NCBI GenBank assembly: GCA_036867785.1
Contig: CP145418.1
Coordinates: 1,178,001-1,242,000 of the forward strand
Source: Plasmodiophora brassicae
Lineage: Eukaryota
DNA length: 64,000 nucleotides
Reading direction: 5' to 3'
Shown in pieces: positions 62,407-64,000 of this stretch. The notes beneath the pieces are model-generated. The model did not search any database. It was given only the letters and a program-made list of their open reading frames with translations, and was not told the origin of the DNA. Made by a program: the position numbers and the translations under genes. The number at the start of each line of letters is the position of its first letter. Within the stretch, counting starts at the first letter, position 1.

Positions 62407-63283
62407 TCAGACGGCGGCAAGTTGGCCTGTGCCGTGCACAGCCTCTTTGGCACGAGCGTCCCTGCGCCGGGTCCAGACCAGGCCCGCGACCAGGGTGACG
62501 ATGACCCCAATGATCACACCGGCCGCTGCACTGATCACGGTGACAGACGAACCCGCAGACGTGCTGCTGTTCGAAGCGTTCGACTGGATAACCGCTTGCT
62601 GACGGTTCGTCGTCGCGAACCGGCGACTCCACGACGACGTCGTTGGCAACGGGCGGCGCACCGTTGGCAAACGTGTCGCCTGACGAGCGGATGTTGGCGA
62701 AGGCGCCGTTGGCGGTGGTGTTGGGGAGTTCCCTTGCGCAGGAGTTGGCGTCGGACGCGGTGTTGGCCTGTTGCCTGGCGTTGGACTGGGTGTCGGACGT
62801 GGTGTCGGCGAGGAGTTTGTCGGCGCTGGCGTGGGTGTCGGGCGCGGGGTTGGCGAGGATGATGCTGGTGCCGGCAATGCAGTCGGACCGGCCGTTGGTG
62901 CTGGGGTCGGCGATGGACGCGGCGTTGGTGCCGCCGGCGAAGGCGTTGGAAACAGAGGCACCGCAGATCCGGAAGGCGCCCCTTGTACGGTTCGGTACCC
63001 GTTGCGGTCGTACGTCTGACAAGCGTGGTATTCCGGGCCCAGATGGCAGGCCTTGACGATGCCCTCGAAATTGGCGGCGTTCGTGGCGGCACAGGCGGTG
63101 GCGACAGACTTGATGACGGGGCAGCCGCCGTCGCCTTTGTCGGTGTACTCGGAGGCGAACACGGGCTTGCCCGCCTGGATGAACGGGTTGTACAGAGCGC
63201 AGTCGCCCGAGTACTCGGCGCAGGACTCGACGATGGCAAAGTCGAACAGGGAGGCCAGGTTGTACGGCTGGACCAGGTCGCCG

Positions 63284-63351
<68 letters not shown>

Positions 63352-64000
63352 TTCTTCAGGCCAACGGCCATGCCCAGGGCGTGCACCGTCGTGGAGATCC
63401 AGTTCAGGTAGGCAATGGCGTCGCTCTCGGTCAGGGGGAATCCTGTCGTTTCCCCGTACGTGTCCAGGTTGTCGGGTTCGATGGCATGGCACCCGATCGA
63501 GGCCATACGCTCGAACCGGGCCTTCATCAGCGATCGGGTCTCCGCGCGACGAGTGTCCAGGAATTTCTCGTTGGGCCACCCCGGATACTGGTTGCCGATG
63601 ATCGTGGGCGTGACCGCAGTGAACAGGTTCGCATCCGAACGATTCGTCTCCAAGGAGCCGACTGCCGCGACCAGTCAGAGTACAGACAGGAACGATCTGT
63701 GCTGACGCCATGCTACCGTTGACATAGCAGATGATGTACCGGTTGTTGGCGTGCAGGGCGTCCATCAGCGTGGTAACGTCACTTCCAGTGAGTAGGTCCG
63801 GGTCGAGATCCCAGACGGGAACGTTGGGCGCTGTCACATTCGGCACGGTCGTGAAGGACAGCTCCCACTGAGGTCACGCCCGGATATCAGTGCGAATCGT
63901 CCCGGAGCCGCGTTGCACACACATACCTGCCAGCCCATGCCGATCTGCGGTCGGGTCCAGGTCGCGTCGACGCCTGACATGGCGTACAGGACGGACGCTG
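62407..64000 (-). CDS. GH114 copy 4 (5' end outside the window), frameshifted by a 65-nt poly(A) run
   Basis: Same motifs; T65 on the + strand at 63286-63350 between GLKN and CGDL. Confidence 0.8.

Noticed and set aside
62535-63653. Poly-lysine and poly-phenylalanine ORFs
   Set aside because: Translations of the T65 homopolymer, not real domains

Overview
Compact, GC-rich eukaryotic DNA with short (~50-70 nt) spliceosomal introns. Gene content and style suggest a plasmodiophorid protist such as Plasmodiophora brassicae; this is inference and was not verified. Bases 1-21675 are the 3' part of an intronless giant protein gene: ~15 near-identical 1125-bp (375-aa) repeats, diverged repeats, NHL repeats and IPT/TIG domains. 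A housekeeping block follows (C5orf34-like, BRX1, tRNA-Leu(CAG), secreted ENPP, UBA3, MINDY, MCM7). A rearranged accessory zone at ~34-47 kb holds a gag-only LTR-like element, four fold-back inverted repeats, a secreted ankyrin protein plus an in-frame ankyrin-less copy, a small secreted protein with two LRRQNAFIG kinase-pseudosubstrate-like motifs, RBFA, JMJD7 and a second identical tRNA-Leu. The window ends with KAE1/OSGEP, an SLC12 cotransporter, a CaMK-type kinase and four tandem membrane-anchored GH114 genes. Gene names come from recognising motifs by eye, and exon boundaries were read manually.
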